Positions 39,989 through 51,165 of a stretch of 64,000 nt of DNA are shown here, piece after piece; position 1 is the first letter of the stretch, and each line of letters begins with the position of its first letter. The stretch is from an uncultured Lachnospiraceae bacterium. Its GTDB lineage: Bacteria > Bacillota > Clostridia > Lachnospirales > Lachnospiraceae. The DNA is taken from assembly GCA_902783775.1 (NCBI GenBank), contig CACZSI010000135.1, positions 44,775-108,774 of the forward strand, in the 5' to 3' direction. A program made the translations under genes and the position numbers. The notes below the pieces were generated by a model that saw nothing but the letters and a program-made list of their open reading frames with translations, was not told where the DNA came from and did not search any database.

Positions 39989-42900
39989 AAAAATCGAAGA
40001 TTGATAACTGACTGTCTTCCGGCATGCCCTCTAATAATCCTAAATCTGACATTGTCTCCACGACAGTTTTACTGAGTTTACTCTTCTCTCTTAATTCAGT
40101 TTTAGAAACAAATTTTCCTTCCTGATTTTTAACAGCTTCCACCAATCCGTCAGCCGCCTTTTCTCCCAATCCTTCTATTGTATCTAAGGCAGGCATTAGT
40201 TTTCCGTCAATTATCTGGAAATCATGTGCTTTAGCTGTATAAATATCGATAGGCAAAAATTCATATCCCCTAGAATACATTTCAAGAACAATCTTCATAT
40301 CTCCTAATGCATCCTCATCCTTTTTAGCAATCTCGTGTCGTTCTTTTTTAGCCTTTAAGTCTTCCATAAAGTATAGAAGCTTATCTTTTCCTCTACACAT
40401 TGTCTCGTAGTTAAAGGCTTTAGCTCTGATACCGAAATATGCTGCATAGTAAGCTAATGGTTTATAAACTTTAAACCAAGCCACTCTTAAAGCCATCATA
40501 ATATAAGCTGCCGCATGGGCTTTAGGGAACATATATTTAATCTTTTTACAAGACCAAATATACCATTCAGGAACATCATGTTCACGCATGATCGCTTCTT
40601 CATCTATTTCATTGCCGGTCTTTTTATCTGTATAAGTCAAAAGACCCTTACCTTTTCTTACATGCTCCATTGTCTGGAAACTAATCTGGGGATCAATTCC
40701 TTTTTCCATCAGATATACCATAATATCATCTCTAGTACAGATAGCTGATGAAATAGTACACTTTCCCTCTTTAATTAATTCCTGGGCATTTCCAAGCCAT
40801 ACGTCAGTTCCATGTGATAATCCGGCTAGTCGAATTAAATCCGCCATCTTAGTCGGCTTAGTATCTACTAGCATCTGAATAACGAAATCAGTACCAAGCT
40901 CCGGCAATCCCAATGAGCCTGTAGGACAACCATCTATATCATCACTGGTAATTCCTAAAGCCTCCGGTCCTAAGAATAGAGACATAACTTTCTCATCATC
41001 AAATGGAACTTCCTTAATAACATCAATACCTGTTAAGGTTTCTAGACGCTTAATCATAGTAGGATCGTCGTGTCCTAGAATATCTAGTTTAAGTAAGTTA
41101 GCGTCAATAGCATGATACTCAAAGTGTGTAGTGATAATATCAGTAGTCATATCATTAGCAGGCTTCTGAATAGGTGTGAAATCATATATTTCCTTATCTC
41201 TAGGAACAATTACAATACCACCCGGATGCTGTCCTGTACTCTTTCTAATACCGGCACAACCTGCTGCAATTCTATCTATCTCAGCAGAACGTTTCTCGAT
41301 ATTTCTCTCCTGATAATAGTTTTTAACATAACCATATGCAGTTTTTTCCGCCACACCGGTTATAGTTCCAGCTCTGAAAGTATGTCCTTTACCAAACATT
41401 ACTTCCGTATATTTATGAGCCTCTGACTGATACTCTCCGGAGAAGTTAAGATCAATATCAGGCTCCTTAGTACCACCGAAACCTAAGAAAGTCTCAAAAG
41501 GAATCTCTAAACCATCTTTTTTTAGTTTTTTACCACAGCATGGGCAGTCTCTATCAGGTAAGTCAAAACCTACACCACCCTCTGCTCTTTCCTTCTTAAT
41601 AGTTTCCTGAATCTCTTTTATAACCTCCTCATCGGCATCACCGTAAGTCACATACTCATCCTCGAAAAATGAGCTCTTACAATCCTCACAATAATAGTGA
41701 GGTGCCAATGGATTACACTCTGTAATACCTGACATAGTAGCTGCAAACGATGATCCAACAGAACCTCTTGATCCTACTAAATATCCATCATCATTAGACT
41801 TCCATACCAATCTTTGGGCCATGATATACATTACCGCATATCCATTGCCGATAATAGACTCTAATTCTATCTCTAATCTGTCCTTAACAATCTTAGGAAT
41901 ATTTTTACCATACATATCCTCAGCCTTAGCATAGCAGATATCTCTTAGTTCCTGCTCTGAATTTTCTAATACCGGCGGACATTTATCCGGATGAATAGGT
42001 GAAATATCCTCTATCATATCAGCTATCTTATTAGGGTTTTCTACTACTATCTCATATGCCACATCTGAATCTAAATAGCTAAATTCCTCTAGCATCTCAT
42101 CAGTAGTTCTAAGATAAAGTGGTGCCTGATTATCCGCATCCTTAAAACCATTTCCAGCCTGAATAATTCTTCGATAAATTTCATCCTCAGGATCTAGGAA
42201 ATGAACATCGCAGGTAGCTACAGTCATCTTATTAAACTTTCTACCAAGTTCAATAATCTTTTTATTTACATCCTGTAAAACTTCAACAGAATCCACCATA
42301 AATCTCTTCTTAGAATCAATTTCCGGAATTCCTGTTTTTACCATAAACATATTATTGCCAATAGGCTGAATCTCAAAATAATCATAGAAGGCTGCTAATC
42401 TGGCTATCTCCTCATCCGGCTGACCGTGAATAATAGCCTGATATAACTCTCCCGCCTCACAGGCACTTCCAATCATTAAGCCTTCGCATAATTCTAAATA
42501 TTTACTCTTTAAAATTCTAGGTTTTTTTTGAGCAAAATTATTAATATGGGAATCTGAAATTAATTTATATAAATTTACTCTTCCCACTAAATCTTTAACT
42601 AAAATAATGGCGTGATGTGCGTGAAGTCTGTCAATGACATTCTTAGACTTCATTCCAGCCTTATTTAAATCATCTAAGTTATCTATACCGTCTTCTAATA
42701 GCATAGAACACAGTTTTATAAATATATGAGCAGTACACTCAGCATCATCTACTGCTCTATGATGGTTTTCTAGGACAATACCTAAAGCTTTAGCTACATT
42801 GTCTAACTTAAATCTGGCTATTGAAGTGACTAACAACTGTGACATTGCCACAGTGTCCACTATAGTAAAATCGTACTCTAAACCTAAATCCTTACAGTTT

Positions 42901-44516
42901 TTCTTGATAAAACTCATATCAAAACCTGCATTGTGGGCTACCATTATGGCACCCTCACAAAATTCCATAAATTTAGGTAATATCTCTTCTACAGTTGGAG
43001 CATCAATCACCATCTCATCACTGATTCCGGTTAATTTTTCGATTTCGAAAGGAATAGGTCTCTTAGGATTAATAAATGTGCTAAATCTATCAACGATTTT
43101 TCCATCCGATACCTTAACAGCTCCTATTTCAATAATCTTATCAGTGACTGCACTTAAACCTGTGGTTTCTATATCGAAAACTACATATGTTTCGCTTAAT
43201 TTCTGTCCCTTGGGCTTTTCAATAATATCCTTTGTGTCATCTACTAAATACGCTTCCACGCCGTAGATAACCTTAAAATCAAATTCTTTTCCTTCTTTTT
43301 TACATTTGCTCTTTAAATCACAGTACTCATGCCATGCATCCGGAAATGCCTGCACTACACCGTGATCTGTTATAGCAATGGCTTTATGTCCCCAGTCATA
43401 TGCACGCTTTACAATATCAGTACACTTACTTACACCGTCCATATCACTCATCTTAGTGTGACAATGTAATTCCACACGCTTATTTACCGCCTTATCCTGG
43501 CGAATCTTTCTGGCAAATGAAGGAATAAGCTTAATGCCCCAGATATGACTTATCTCTAATTCTCTGTCAAACTTATCATATTCCACTACACCTTTAATTC
43601 TAATATAGGTCTTTTTACCTACTTTAGACTTAAATTCATTAAGGGAATTTTCATCATTTAAGAACATCTTTACCTTAATACTGTCAGTGAAATCTGTAAT
43701 ATCCATTGTCACAATAAACTTACCTGTTCTAGTCTCTCTAACATCCATAGATAGAACCTGACCTCTGGCAGTTATTTCATGGGTACCATCATCCACACTT
43801 TCTAGTGTAATATCTTCATCATAATCAAAGTCCTTACCGAAAACTACATCCGGATCAGAAGAATTTGAGGCATGGTAAACCTTCTTTTTAGTCTGCTTCT
43901 TTGTCTCTTCTTCCTTACTCTCCTCAAAAGCCTTACCCTTTTTAATTACGGCATCCACTTCATTCTTAATACGCTCTCTTTTAATATCGGCGAATCTATC
44001 TTTAGTCTTTAATGTTTTCTTAACCACAATCTCTGTGGGAACATTAAATCTGTTATTAAAGATATTAGATAAAATATCTTTAAGTATACTAACTCTAGCT
44101 TCGTTTACAATATTATCCTCTAAATCAATAGTAATTTTATTGTCAGTAATATCTATTGGAGCCTGCTTAATAAGAGTATATAAAACCGGACTTTTGTCCT
44201 TTAGCTCTAATAAGATACTCTCCCTGTAAATCTCAAATAAATTTTCTGTATTATATTGTGCTGATAAATTATATTTTTCATCGAAATATATATTTATGCG
44301 CTTTCCTGTTTTAAAATGACGCATAAGAGCTTCTCTCATTTTTAAAACAGCAGACCTTTGAATAAGTCTGCTGCTTTCAATGTAAATCTTTATGGCATCC
44401 TGGCCTGTGTTACAAGTTATTTTAATTATATCTACATCTTCAAAAATAGAGTAAAGATCATTATCTACATCTAATTCAGGAAAGGTCTCGAAAAACTTCT
44501 TAGCCATCCTATTCAC
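39987..44516 (-). CDS. polC: DNA polymerase III PolC
   Basis: PHP ELHCHTKMS, exonuclease VFDIETTG, GSRGSVGSS, PDIDLNFSG, KIKYMFPKAHA. Confidence 0.98.
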   Translation of the reverse strand: MNRMAKKFFETFPELDVDNDLYSIFEDVDIIKITCNTGQDAIKIYIESSRLIQRSAVLKMREALMRHFKTGKRINIYFDEKYNLSAQYNTENLFEIYRESILLELKDKSPVLYTLIKQAPIDITDNKITIDLEDNIVNEARVSILKDILSNIFNNRFNVPTEIVVKKTLKTKDRFADIKRERIKNEVDAVIKKGKAFEESKEEETKKQTKKKVYHASNSSDPDVVFGKDFDYDEDITLESVDDGTHEITARGQVLSMDVRETRTGKFIVTMDITDFTDSIKVKMFLNDENSLNEFKSKVGKKTYIRIKGVVEYDKFDRELEISHIWGIKLIPSFARKIRQDKAVNKRVELHCHTKMSDMDGVSKCTDIVKRAYDWGHKAIAITDHGVVQAFPDAWHEYCDLKSKCKKEGKEFDFKVIYGVEAYLVDDTKDIIEKPKGQKLSETYVVFDIETTGLSAVTDKIIEIGAVKVSDGKIVDRFSTFINPKRPIPFEIEKLTGISDEMVIDAPTVEEILPKFMEFCEGAIMVAHNAGFDMSFIKKNCKDLGLEYDFTIVDTVAMSQLLVTSIARFKLDNVAKALGIVLENHHRAVDDAECTAHIFIKLCSMLLEDGIDNLDDLNKAGMKSKNVIDRLHAHHAIILVKDLVGRVNLYKLISDSHINNFAQKKPRILKSKYLELCEGLMIGSACEAGELYQAIIHGQPDEEIARLAAFYDYFEIQPIGNNMFMVKTGIPEIDSKKRFMVDSVEVLQDVNKKIIELGRKFNKMTVATCDVHFLDPEDEIYRRIIQAGNGFKDADNQAPLYLRTTDEMLEEFSYLDSDVAYEIVVENPNKIADMIEDISPIHPDKCPPVLENSEQELRDICYAKAEDMYGKNIPKIVKDRLEIELESIIGNGYAVMYIMAQRLVWKSNDDGYLVGSRGSVGSSFAATMSGITECNPLAPHYYCEDCKSSFFEDEYVTYGDADEEVIKEIQETIKKERAEGGVGFDLPDRDCPCCGKKLKKDGLEIPFETFLGFGGTKEPDIDLNFSGEYQSEAHKYTEVMFGKGHTFRAGTITGVAEKTAYGYVKNYYQERNIEKRSAEIDRIAAGCAGIRKSTGQHPGGIVIVPRDKEIYDFTPIQKPANDMTTDIITTHFEYHAIDANLLKLDILGHDDPTMIKRLETLTGIDVIKEVPFDDEKVMSLFLGPEALGITSDDIDGCPTGSLGLPELGTDFVIQMLVDTKPTKMADLIRLAGLSHGTDVWLGNAQELIKEGKCTISSAICTRDDIMVYLMEKGIDPQISFQTMEHVRKGKGLLTYTDKKTGNEIDEEAIMREHDVPEWYIWSCKKIKYMFPKAHAAAYIMMALRVAWFKVYKPLAYYAAYFGIRAKAFNYETMCRGKDKLLYFMEDLKAKKERHEIAKKDEDALGDMKIVLEMYSRGYEFLPIDIYTAKAHDFQIIDGKLMPALDTIEGLGEKAADGLVEAVKNQEGKFVSKTELREKSKLSKTVVETMSDLGLLEGMPEDSQLSIFDF

Positions 44517-45567
44517 TCCAATTCTTAATTTCTTCTTCTAGGGCACTCAATAACTGATCTTCCGGTAATTTTTTAATTACCTCGCCCTTCTTTATAAGTA
44601 CACCGACGCCTACGCCACCGGCTATTCCCAAATCTGCTTCCTTAGCTTCACCTGGGCCATTTACAACACATCCCATTACAGCAACTTTTAGATTTTTATC
44701 ATCATATTTCTCTACCATCGTTTCCACTTCACTGGCTAGAGATATTAAATCAATCTGAGTTCTTCCACATGTAGGACAAGAAACAACACTAATTTCACCT
44801 TTTCTAAGTCCTAAAGTCTTTAAAATTAATTTAGCAGTCTTAATCTCCTCGATAGGATCACCGGTAAGGGAAACTCTAACAGTATCACCTATTCCTTCAT
44901 TTAAAATAATACCTAAACCTACTGAAGATTTAATATTTCCTGACATAAGAGTTCCAGCCTCAGTAATACCCACATGTAATGGATACTTTATCTTTTTAGC
45001 TATTAACTCATGAGCCTTTATGCACATTAAAACATCAGATGATTTAATGCTTACTACTAAATTGTTATAACCTAATTTTTCAATCTGATTAACCTTATCA
45101 ATAGCTGATTCTACGATACCTTCAGCTGTAACTTTTCCGTATTTTTCTAAAATATCCTTCTCTAAAGAGCCACTGTTTACACCTACTCTAATAGGAATAT
45201 TATACTCTTTAGCCTTATCAACTACTGCCTTTAATCTCTCTTCATTTCCAATATTTCCAGGATTAATACGAATTTTATCGGCACCATTTTCAATAGCTGC
45301 AATAGCTAATCTGTAATCAAAATGGATATCCGCCACTAAAGGAATATTAATCTGCTTTTTAATCTCCCTTAGAGCTAATGCCGCTTCCATAGTTGGCACT
45401 GCACATCTGATAATATCGCATCCAGCATCCTGTAATTTTTTAATCTGGGCTACAGTAGCCTTAACGTCTTCTGTTTTAGTATTAGTCATAGACTGAATAG
45501 CGATAGGCGCTCCACCACCAATCACTCTATCCCCTATTTTTATTTGACAAGTATTATCTCTGTACAT
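44509..45567 (-). CDS. ispG: HMBPP synthase
   Basis: QSMTNT, ADIHF, RINPGN, CPTCGR, GCVVNGPGE. Confidence 0.97.
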   Translation of the reverse strand: MYRDNTCQIKIGDRVIGGGAPIAIQSMTNTKTEDVKATVAQIKKLQDAGCDIIRCAVPTMEAALALREIKKQINIPLVADIHFDYRLAIAAIENGADKIRINPGNIGNEERLKAVVDKAKEYNIPIRVGVNSGSLEKDILEKYGKVTAEGIVESAIDKVNQIEKLGYNNLVVSIKSSDVLMCIKAHELIAKKIKYPLHVGITEAGTLMSGNIKSSVGLGIILNEGIGDTVRVSLTGDPIEEIKTAKLILKTLGLRKGEISVVSCPTCGRTQIDLISLASEVETMVEKYDDKNLKVAVMGCVVNGPGEAKEADLGIAGGVGVGVLIKKGEVIKKLPEDQLLSALEEEIKNWSE

Positions 45568-45583
45568 AACGCCTCCATATTAA

Positions 45584-46894
45584 TTAGAATATTTTTCTAA
45601 TATCATTAAATAATGTAAATGCCATTAATCCCATTAATAAAATGAATCCAATAAAATGAATAAATCCCTCTTTATCTCTAGGAATCTTTCTTCTAGTAAT
45701 AAGTTCAATTAAATATAAAAATAGTCTACCACCATCAAGAGCCGGTATTGGCAATAAATTCATTACACCTAGGTTGGCACTCAGTAATATAGTCATATTA
45801 AGAAGTGACAATATAGTAACTTTCATTCCCATAGGCTTAGTTTCCTTATATGATTTTCCAATCATATTAACGATTCCCACAGGACCTGAAATCTCATCTG
45901 CTGATACCTTTCCGGTAACCATTAATTTAAGACTCTTTAAAACAGAAACTACCTCATATCTTAACTCCACAAAGGAATATTTAATAATTCCGCCAACATT
46001 CTGTTTAAGTCTGACACCATTATAATAAAATCCTCTGTCATATAACTTAGTCATTTCAGGAGTGAATTTAAGTGTTCTCTCCTCTGAATTTCTTAAAACC
46101 TTTAATTCAATCTGCTTTCCTGTCAGTGGATTTTCTTTAAGAGTGGCAACTAAATCCTCTCCGGAGGTAATCTTTTCTCCGTTTAATGAAATAATAATAT
46201 CTCCCATCATTCCGCCAGCTTTATCAAATGCAGAATCTTTTCTCACAGTACTAACCTCTGCCGGTCCTGAAGTGCCATTATAGGACATTCCCATAATATA
46301 ACGATTCTCGTAAGCTGGAGTGTAGTTAATCTTATGTACTTTTTTATCACTCTTAGCAATATATTTAACGCTTACACCATCCTCAGTGATAGGATTTACA
46401 TATTCTTCAATGCTAATCTCCCTACCTAATCTGGCATATGCACCATTGTACTCAATAATTTTATCTCCCTGTCTAAGGCCTGCCTTATATGCCGGAGAAT
46501 TATTATCAATTTTAACTACAAAAGCTTCATCTGTACCCACGTTAGCAATAACGATAAATGATAATAATAAAGCTAAGATAAAGTTAAAGAATGGTCCTGC
46601 AAATACTATGGCCATTCTAGCTCCTAATGATTTAGAATTAAAAGAGCCTTCCTCTTCGTTATCCTCATCCTCTCCTAACATAGCACATGAGCCACCGATA
46701 GGTAGAGCCTTTAGAGAATAGCGAATTCCACTCTTTTTAGAGACCCTTGATAATAATCTAGGTCCCATTCCCACTGAAAATTCTTCAACTGTAACATTAT
46801 TTTTTATGGCAACAATAAAATGACCAAACTCGTGAATAACTACTACCACGCTAAAAATCAATAATGCTATAACGATACTTATAAATGTCTGCAT
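45584..46894 (-). CDS. rseP: RIP metalloprotease RseP/RasP with PDZ domains
   Basis: HEFGH, AGPFFN, NLLPIPALDGG. Confidence 0.95.
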   Translation of the reverse strand: MQTFISIVIALLIFSVVVVIHEFGHFIVAIKNNVTVEEFSVGMGPRLLSRVSKKSGIRYSLKALPIGGSCAMLGEDEDNEEEGSFNSKSLGARMAIVFAGPFFNFILALLLSFIVIANVGTDEAFVVKIDNNSPAYKAGLRQGDKIIEYNGAYARLGREISIEEYVNPITEDGVSVKYIAKSDKKVHKINYTPAYENRYIMGMSYNGTSGPAEVSTVRKDSAFDKAGGMMGDIIISLNGEKITSGEDLVATLKENPLTGKQIELKVLRNSEERTLKFTPEMTKLYDRGFYYNGVRLKQNVGGIIKYSFVELRYEVVSVLKSLKLMVTGKVSADEISGPVGIVNMIGKSYKETKPMGMKVTILSLLNMTILLSANLGVMNLLPIPALDGGRLFLYLIELITRRKIPRDKEGFIHFIGFILLMGLMAFTLFNDIRKIF

Positions 46895-46895
46895 T

Positions 46896-48038
46896 CTACC
46901 ACCTACTATCTATTAATTCATAAATGTTTTTCTCTGTCTCTAAAATCTCATCTAAAGATGGATTATCTATTTTATCGTGTTCATTCATACAATATTCTAT
47001 AATATCAGTGATCTCTAAAAATGAGATTTCTTTATTTAAGAATTTAGCTACAGCCTTCTCATTAGCTGCATTAAACACAGTAGGCATAGAACCACCTATT
47101 TTAGCTGCCTCTAGCGCTAGTTTTAATCCATGGAAGCTATCTAGGTCAGGATCTTCAAAAGTAATTTTTTTAATCATTCCAAAATCAACTCTATCACCTG
47201 ACAAGTATTTTCTCTCAGGATAATATAAAGCATACTGGATAGGTAATCTCATATCCGGTGTGCCAAGCTGAGCAATAATACCGCCATCGATAAACTGAAC
47301 CATAGAATGAATTAAGCTCTGTGGCTGAATTACAATATCAATATCATCGATATCCATATTAAAAAGCCACGCTGCCTCCATTACTTCTAATCCCTTGTTA
47401 ACCATTGTAGCAGAGTCGATGGTTATTTTTTGTCCCATACTCCAATTAGGATGCTTTAGGGCATCTTCCAATGTAACATCTTTCATCTGCTCTCTGGTAA
47501 ATCCTCTAAAAGGACCACCTGAAGCTGTAAGAATTAATTTATCTATCGCCTTTTTATCTTCGCCATTTAAAGACTGAAATATTGCACTATGCTCACTATC
47601 TACCGGAAGAATTTTAACTCCCTTTTCTTTAGCTAATTTCATAACTAAATGACCTGCTGTCACCAAAGTTTCCTTATTAGCCAGCGCAATATCTTTTCCT
47701 GCTTCAATTGCCTTTAATGTAGGTCTGATACCTATCATTCCCACAACTGCTGTAACTACTATATCTGCTTCATCGCACGTAGCTACCTTTATAAGTCCAT
47801 CCATTCCTGATACTACTTCTACATCACTATCTTCTAATGAATCCTTTACCTTTTTAGCAGCATCTTCATTGTACATACATACCATTTTAGGATGGAATAT
47901 TTTAACTTGCTCTAAAACTTTATCTACATTTGTGGCTGCTGAGATAGCCACCACTTCTAAATCATCATTGGCCTTAACCACATCTAGAGTCTGGACACCG
48001 ATAGAGCCTGTAGAACCAAGTATTGAAATCTTTTTCAT
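46896..48038 (-). CDS. dxr: 1-deoxy-D-xylulose-5-phosphate reductoisomerase
   Basis: LGSTGSIG, ANKE, PVDSEHSAI, HPNWSMG. Confidence 0.97.
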   Translation of the reverse strand: MKKISILGSTGSIGVQTLDVVKANDDLEVVAISAATNVDKVLEQVKIFHPKMVCMYNEDAAKKVKDSLEDSDVEVVSGMDGLIKVATCDEADIVVTAVVGMIGIRPTLKAIEAGKDIALANKETLVTAGHLVMKLAKEKGVKILPVDSEHSAIFQSLNGEDKKAIDKLILTASGGPFRGFTREQMKDVTLEDALKHPNWSMGQKITIDSATMVNKGLEVMEAAWLFNMDIDDIDIVIQPQSLIHSMVQFIDGGIIAQLGTPDMRLPIQYALYYPERKYLSGDRVDFGMIKKITFEDPDLDSFHGLKLALEAAKIGGSMPTVFNAANEKAVAKFLNKEISFLEITDIIEYCMNEHDKIDNPSLDEILETEKNIYELIDSRW

Positions 48039-48072
48039 TCTTTCCTCCATTATGCCTATAAATTCTGTTTAA

Positions 48073-48945
48073 TTATGAAATTTTTTCAAAAAACTGAATT
48101 AACATCCATACTACAGGTGCCACGAAAATTACTGAATCAAAACGATCCATAACTCCGCCGTGACCTGGAATTAATTTTCCGTAATCCTTAATATCATGGT
48201 TTCTCTTAATTGCTGATGCGGCTAAGTCACCTACCATTGAGATAAGAGCTCCCACTGCACATGCCACTGAGAAGATGATAACCGGATTAATTCCATAATG
48301 GAATTCATTTCTAAAGATGTATGCGTAAACGCCACCTAATATAGCGGCACCAATAACACCACCTACTGCACCTTCAATTGACTTTTTAGGACTTAATACA
48401 GGAGCCATCTTATGCTTTCCAAATGCTACACCTGCCAGATAAGCACATGTATCGCTTCCCCATGAAGCTAAGAATACTAACCAAACTGTGTAAACACCTG
48501 CATTGCCCTCTCTTAAGATGTATATAAATGACAATAAAATTCCGCCATAAACCATTCCCAATAAGGCATTAGCAATATCCTCTGTCTTATATTTAGGGAA
48601 TGTAAATACATATTCTGTCATTAAAATAATGAAGAATAAAATTATAATAAGCCAGAAATATGAGTAAACATTAATGTGCATACTGTTTACATAAATCGCT
48701 AAATAGTAAACTAAGTTAGCGAAATATCCTGTTAAACCTAGAATATTTTTGTGAATACCCATTACTCTGTAAAGTTCACCTATAGCCATCTGTGATAGGA
48801 ATATATTTAGTATAAACAAAGGTAGTCCTGAATATAGATCATGTCTACCTCCTACAATAATTCCCAGTAACATTATAAGTACTAAAATTACTCCACTAAT
48901 CAATCTTGTTACAAATGATTTATTTGCAAATTTCTTTAATACCAT
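48073..48945 (-). CDS. cdsA: Phosphatidate cytidylyltransferase
   Basis: SPKKSIEG, GDLAASAIKR, KDYGKLIPGHGGVMDRFD. Confidence 0.96.
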   Translation of the reverse strand: MVLKKFANKSFVTRLISGVILVLIMLLGIIVGGRHDLYSGLPLFILNIFLSQMAIGELYRVMGIHKNILGLTGYFANLVYYLAIYVNSMHINVYSYFWLIIILFFIILMTEYVFTFPKYKTEDIANALLGMVYGGILLSFIYILREGNAGVYTVWLVFLASWGSDTCAYLAGVAFGKHKMAPVLSPKKSIEGAVGGVIGAAILGGVYAYIFRNEFHYGINPVIIFSVACAVGALISMVGDLAASAIKRNHDIKDYGKLIPGHGGVMDRFDSVIFVAPVVWMLIQFFEKIS

Positions 48946-48968
48946 TTCTAAAACCTCTCCGATTATTT

Positions 48969-49694
48969 TTATACTTTTCCAAATCTACGATCTCTGCCAT
49001 TATATGCCAATACCGCTTTTTTCAATTCTTCCTCATTAAAATCAGGCCATAAGACATCAGTAAAATAAAACTCTGTGTAGGCTAATTGCCACAATAAATA
49101 ATTTGATAATCTTATCTCACCGCTGGTTCTTATAAGCAAATCTGGATCAGGAATTTCTTTTGTATCTAAGTTAGCGCTAATCATTTCCTCAGTGATATCC
49201 TCAGGGTTAATTTCGCCATCTTTTACATTTTTAGCAATCTTTGTGACTGCTCTTCTAATTTCATCGCGACTGCCATAGTTAAGAGCTATAGTAAATGTGA
49301 TTCCGGTATTGTCCCTAGAAGCATCCTCTAAAACATTTATTTTTTCAATAATGTCATCATCTAACTTACTTCTGTCTCCAATAACCTTAACTATCATATT
49401 ATTTTTATTAGCTCTGGTAATACAGTCTTCTAAATAATTTCTCAAAAGTTTCATCAAAGCGTTAACCTCATCCTGAGGTCTGTTCCAATTCTCTGTTGAG
49501 AAAGCATATACAGTTAAATATTTAATTCCCATATTGTGAGCAGACTCAATAGTCTTTTCCACAGTTTTGGCTCCTGCAGCATGGCCTGCATTTCTAGGAA
49601 GAAATCTCTTTTTAGCCCATCTTCCGTTTCCATCTAAAATAATGGCCACATGCTCTGGAATTTTTAACCCGTCTAAACTAATTTTCTTTGCCAT
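48969..49694 (-). CDS. uppS: Undecaprenyl diphosphate synthase
   Basis: ILDGNGRWA, FSTENW, RTSGEIRLSNY. Confidence 0.97.
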   Translation of the reverse strand: MAKKISLDGLKIPEHVAIILDGNGRWAKKRFLPRNAGHAAGAKTVEKTIESAHNMGIKYLTVYAFSTENWNRPQDEVNALMKLLRNYLEDCITRANKNNMIVKVIGDRSKLDDDIIEKINVLEDASRDNTGITFTIALNYGSRDEIRRAVTKIAKNVKDGEINPEDITEEMISANLDTKEIPDPDLLIRTSGEIRLSNYLLWQLAYTEFYFTDVLWPDFNEEELKKAVLAYNGRDRRFGKV

Positions 49695-49760
49695 ATTGTC
49701 TCCTAAAAACCGAAACCAGGCTGCGCAATTAAATTGCCCAGCCTAGATTAAATCATTATT

Positions 49761-50315
49761 TTAAACAGTAAGAATATCTTTAGTTTTAGCATCAACTTCC
49801 TCGTCAATAATCTTAACAAATTTATCTGTTAATTTCTGAACATCGTCATTGAATGCCTCTACCTCATCCTCAGATACTCCGTCATCTTTTCCTTTTTTCT
49901 TTCCAGCGTCAATAGCATCTCTTCTGATATTTCTAACTGCTACCTTAGCTTCCTCACCCTTCTTCTTAACATCCTTAGCTAACTCTTTTCTTCTCTCCTC
50001 TGTTAACTCTGGAAATACTAAACGAATAACTTTACCATCGTTAGTAGGTGTGATTCCTAGGTTAGCTGCATTAAGTGCATGCTCTAACTCTTTAAGAATA
50101 GAAACATCCCAAGGCTGAATACAAATCATTCTAGCTTCCGGAATAGAAACATTTCCTACCTGTGCTACAGGTGTAGGTGTTCCATAGTAATCAACCTTAA
50201 CTCTATCTAAAATATGTGGATTAGCTCTTCCGGCTCTAATTAAACTAAATTCGTTTTTTAGATTTTCCACTGATTTATTCATTCTCTCTTCTGCATTGCT
50301 CATTATTTCATTCAT
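49761..50315 (-). CDS. frr: Ribosome recycling factor
   Basis: IRAGRANP, VDYYG, PELTEERR, VRNIRR. Confidence 0.97.
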   Translation of the reverse strand: MNEIMSNAEERMNKSVENLKNEFSLIRAGRANPHILDRVKVDYYGTPTPVAQVGNVSIPEARMICIQPWDVSILKELEHALNAANLGITPTNDGKVIRLVFPELTEERRKELAKDVKKKGEEAKVAVRNIRRDAIDAGKKKGKDDGVSEDEVEAFNDDVQKLTDKFVKIIDEEVDAKTKDILTV

Positions 50316-50357
50316 AGCTATACTCCTTGTATTATATTTAGTTTATTTTTTATCACA

Positions 50358-51056
50358 TTATTCACATGTGATTTTAGTTCCAATTTTCTCTCCTGATGCA
50401 GCTCTCTCAATACTGTTTTCTTCGTTTAATCCAAAGAGCAACATTGGCATCTTGTTTTCCATCGCTAAAACTGATGAAGCTAAATCAATAACATTTAACT
50501 GTTTTTCAACAATCTCATTAATGCTCATCTCCTCAAACTTCTTAGCGTCAGGATTTTCAGCAGGATCTGAATCATAAACTCCATCAACAGCCTTAGCTGC
50601 TAAAATCTGATCTGCCTCAATCTCAATAGCTCTTAGTACCATAGTCATATCTGTTGAGAAATAAGGATGACCTGTTCCACCTGCAAAGAAAATAACTTTT
50701 CCTTTATTTAAATCGGCTACCGCGTCATCTTTAGAGAACATTTTAGTCCATGTTCCGCAGGCAAATGGTGTATAAACTGTTGTGTCCATACCCTCTGTTC
50801 TAAATATTTCTGATACATACATGCAATTCATGATAGTAGCCATCATTCCAATACCGTCAGCTTTTGTTCTGTCGATTTTATTACTTGTTCTACCTCTCCA
50901 GAAATTTCCACCACCGATAACTACAGCTACCTGAATTCCTTTATCTACTATTTTTTTTACCTGAGAAGCTACCTTAACACAAGTCTCTTCATCAAAACCT
51001 GTTTTCTTATCTCCAGCTAAGGCTTCTCCACTTAGTTTAAGTAAAACTCTACTCAT
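50358..51056 (-). CDS. pyrH: UMP kinase
   Basis: LKLSGEAL, GGGNFWRG, PYFSTD, DGVYDSDP. Confidence 0.97.
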   Translation of the reverse strand: MSRVLLKLSGEALAGDKKTGFDEETCVKVASQVKKIVDKGIQVAVVIGGGNFWRGRTSNKIDRTKADGIGMMATIMNCMYVSEIFRTEGMDTTVYTPFACGTWTKMFSKDDAVADLNKGKVIFFAGGTGHPYFSTDMTMVLRAIEIEADQILAAKAVDGVYDSDPAENPDAKKFEEMSINEIVEKQLNVIDLASSVLAMENKMPMLLFGLNEENSIERAASGEKIGTKITCE

Positions 51057-51165
51057 TTTAACATCCTCTACTTTTTATATTTCTTATGGATTATTTTCTG
51101 CCATTAAATAGGTTAAAATAATCATTTCACACTAAAATCTAGAATATCATATATTAAGATTATTA

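Noticed and set aside
39987-44516. Intein in the long PolC
   Set aside because: The length is compatible with clostridial PolC, and no splicing or homing endonuclease motifs were seen.
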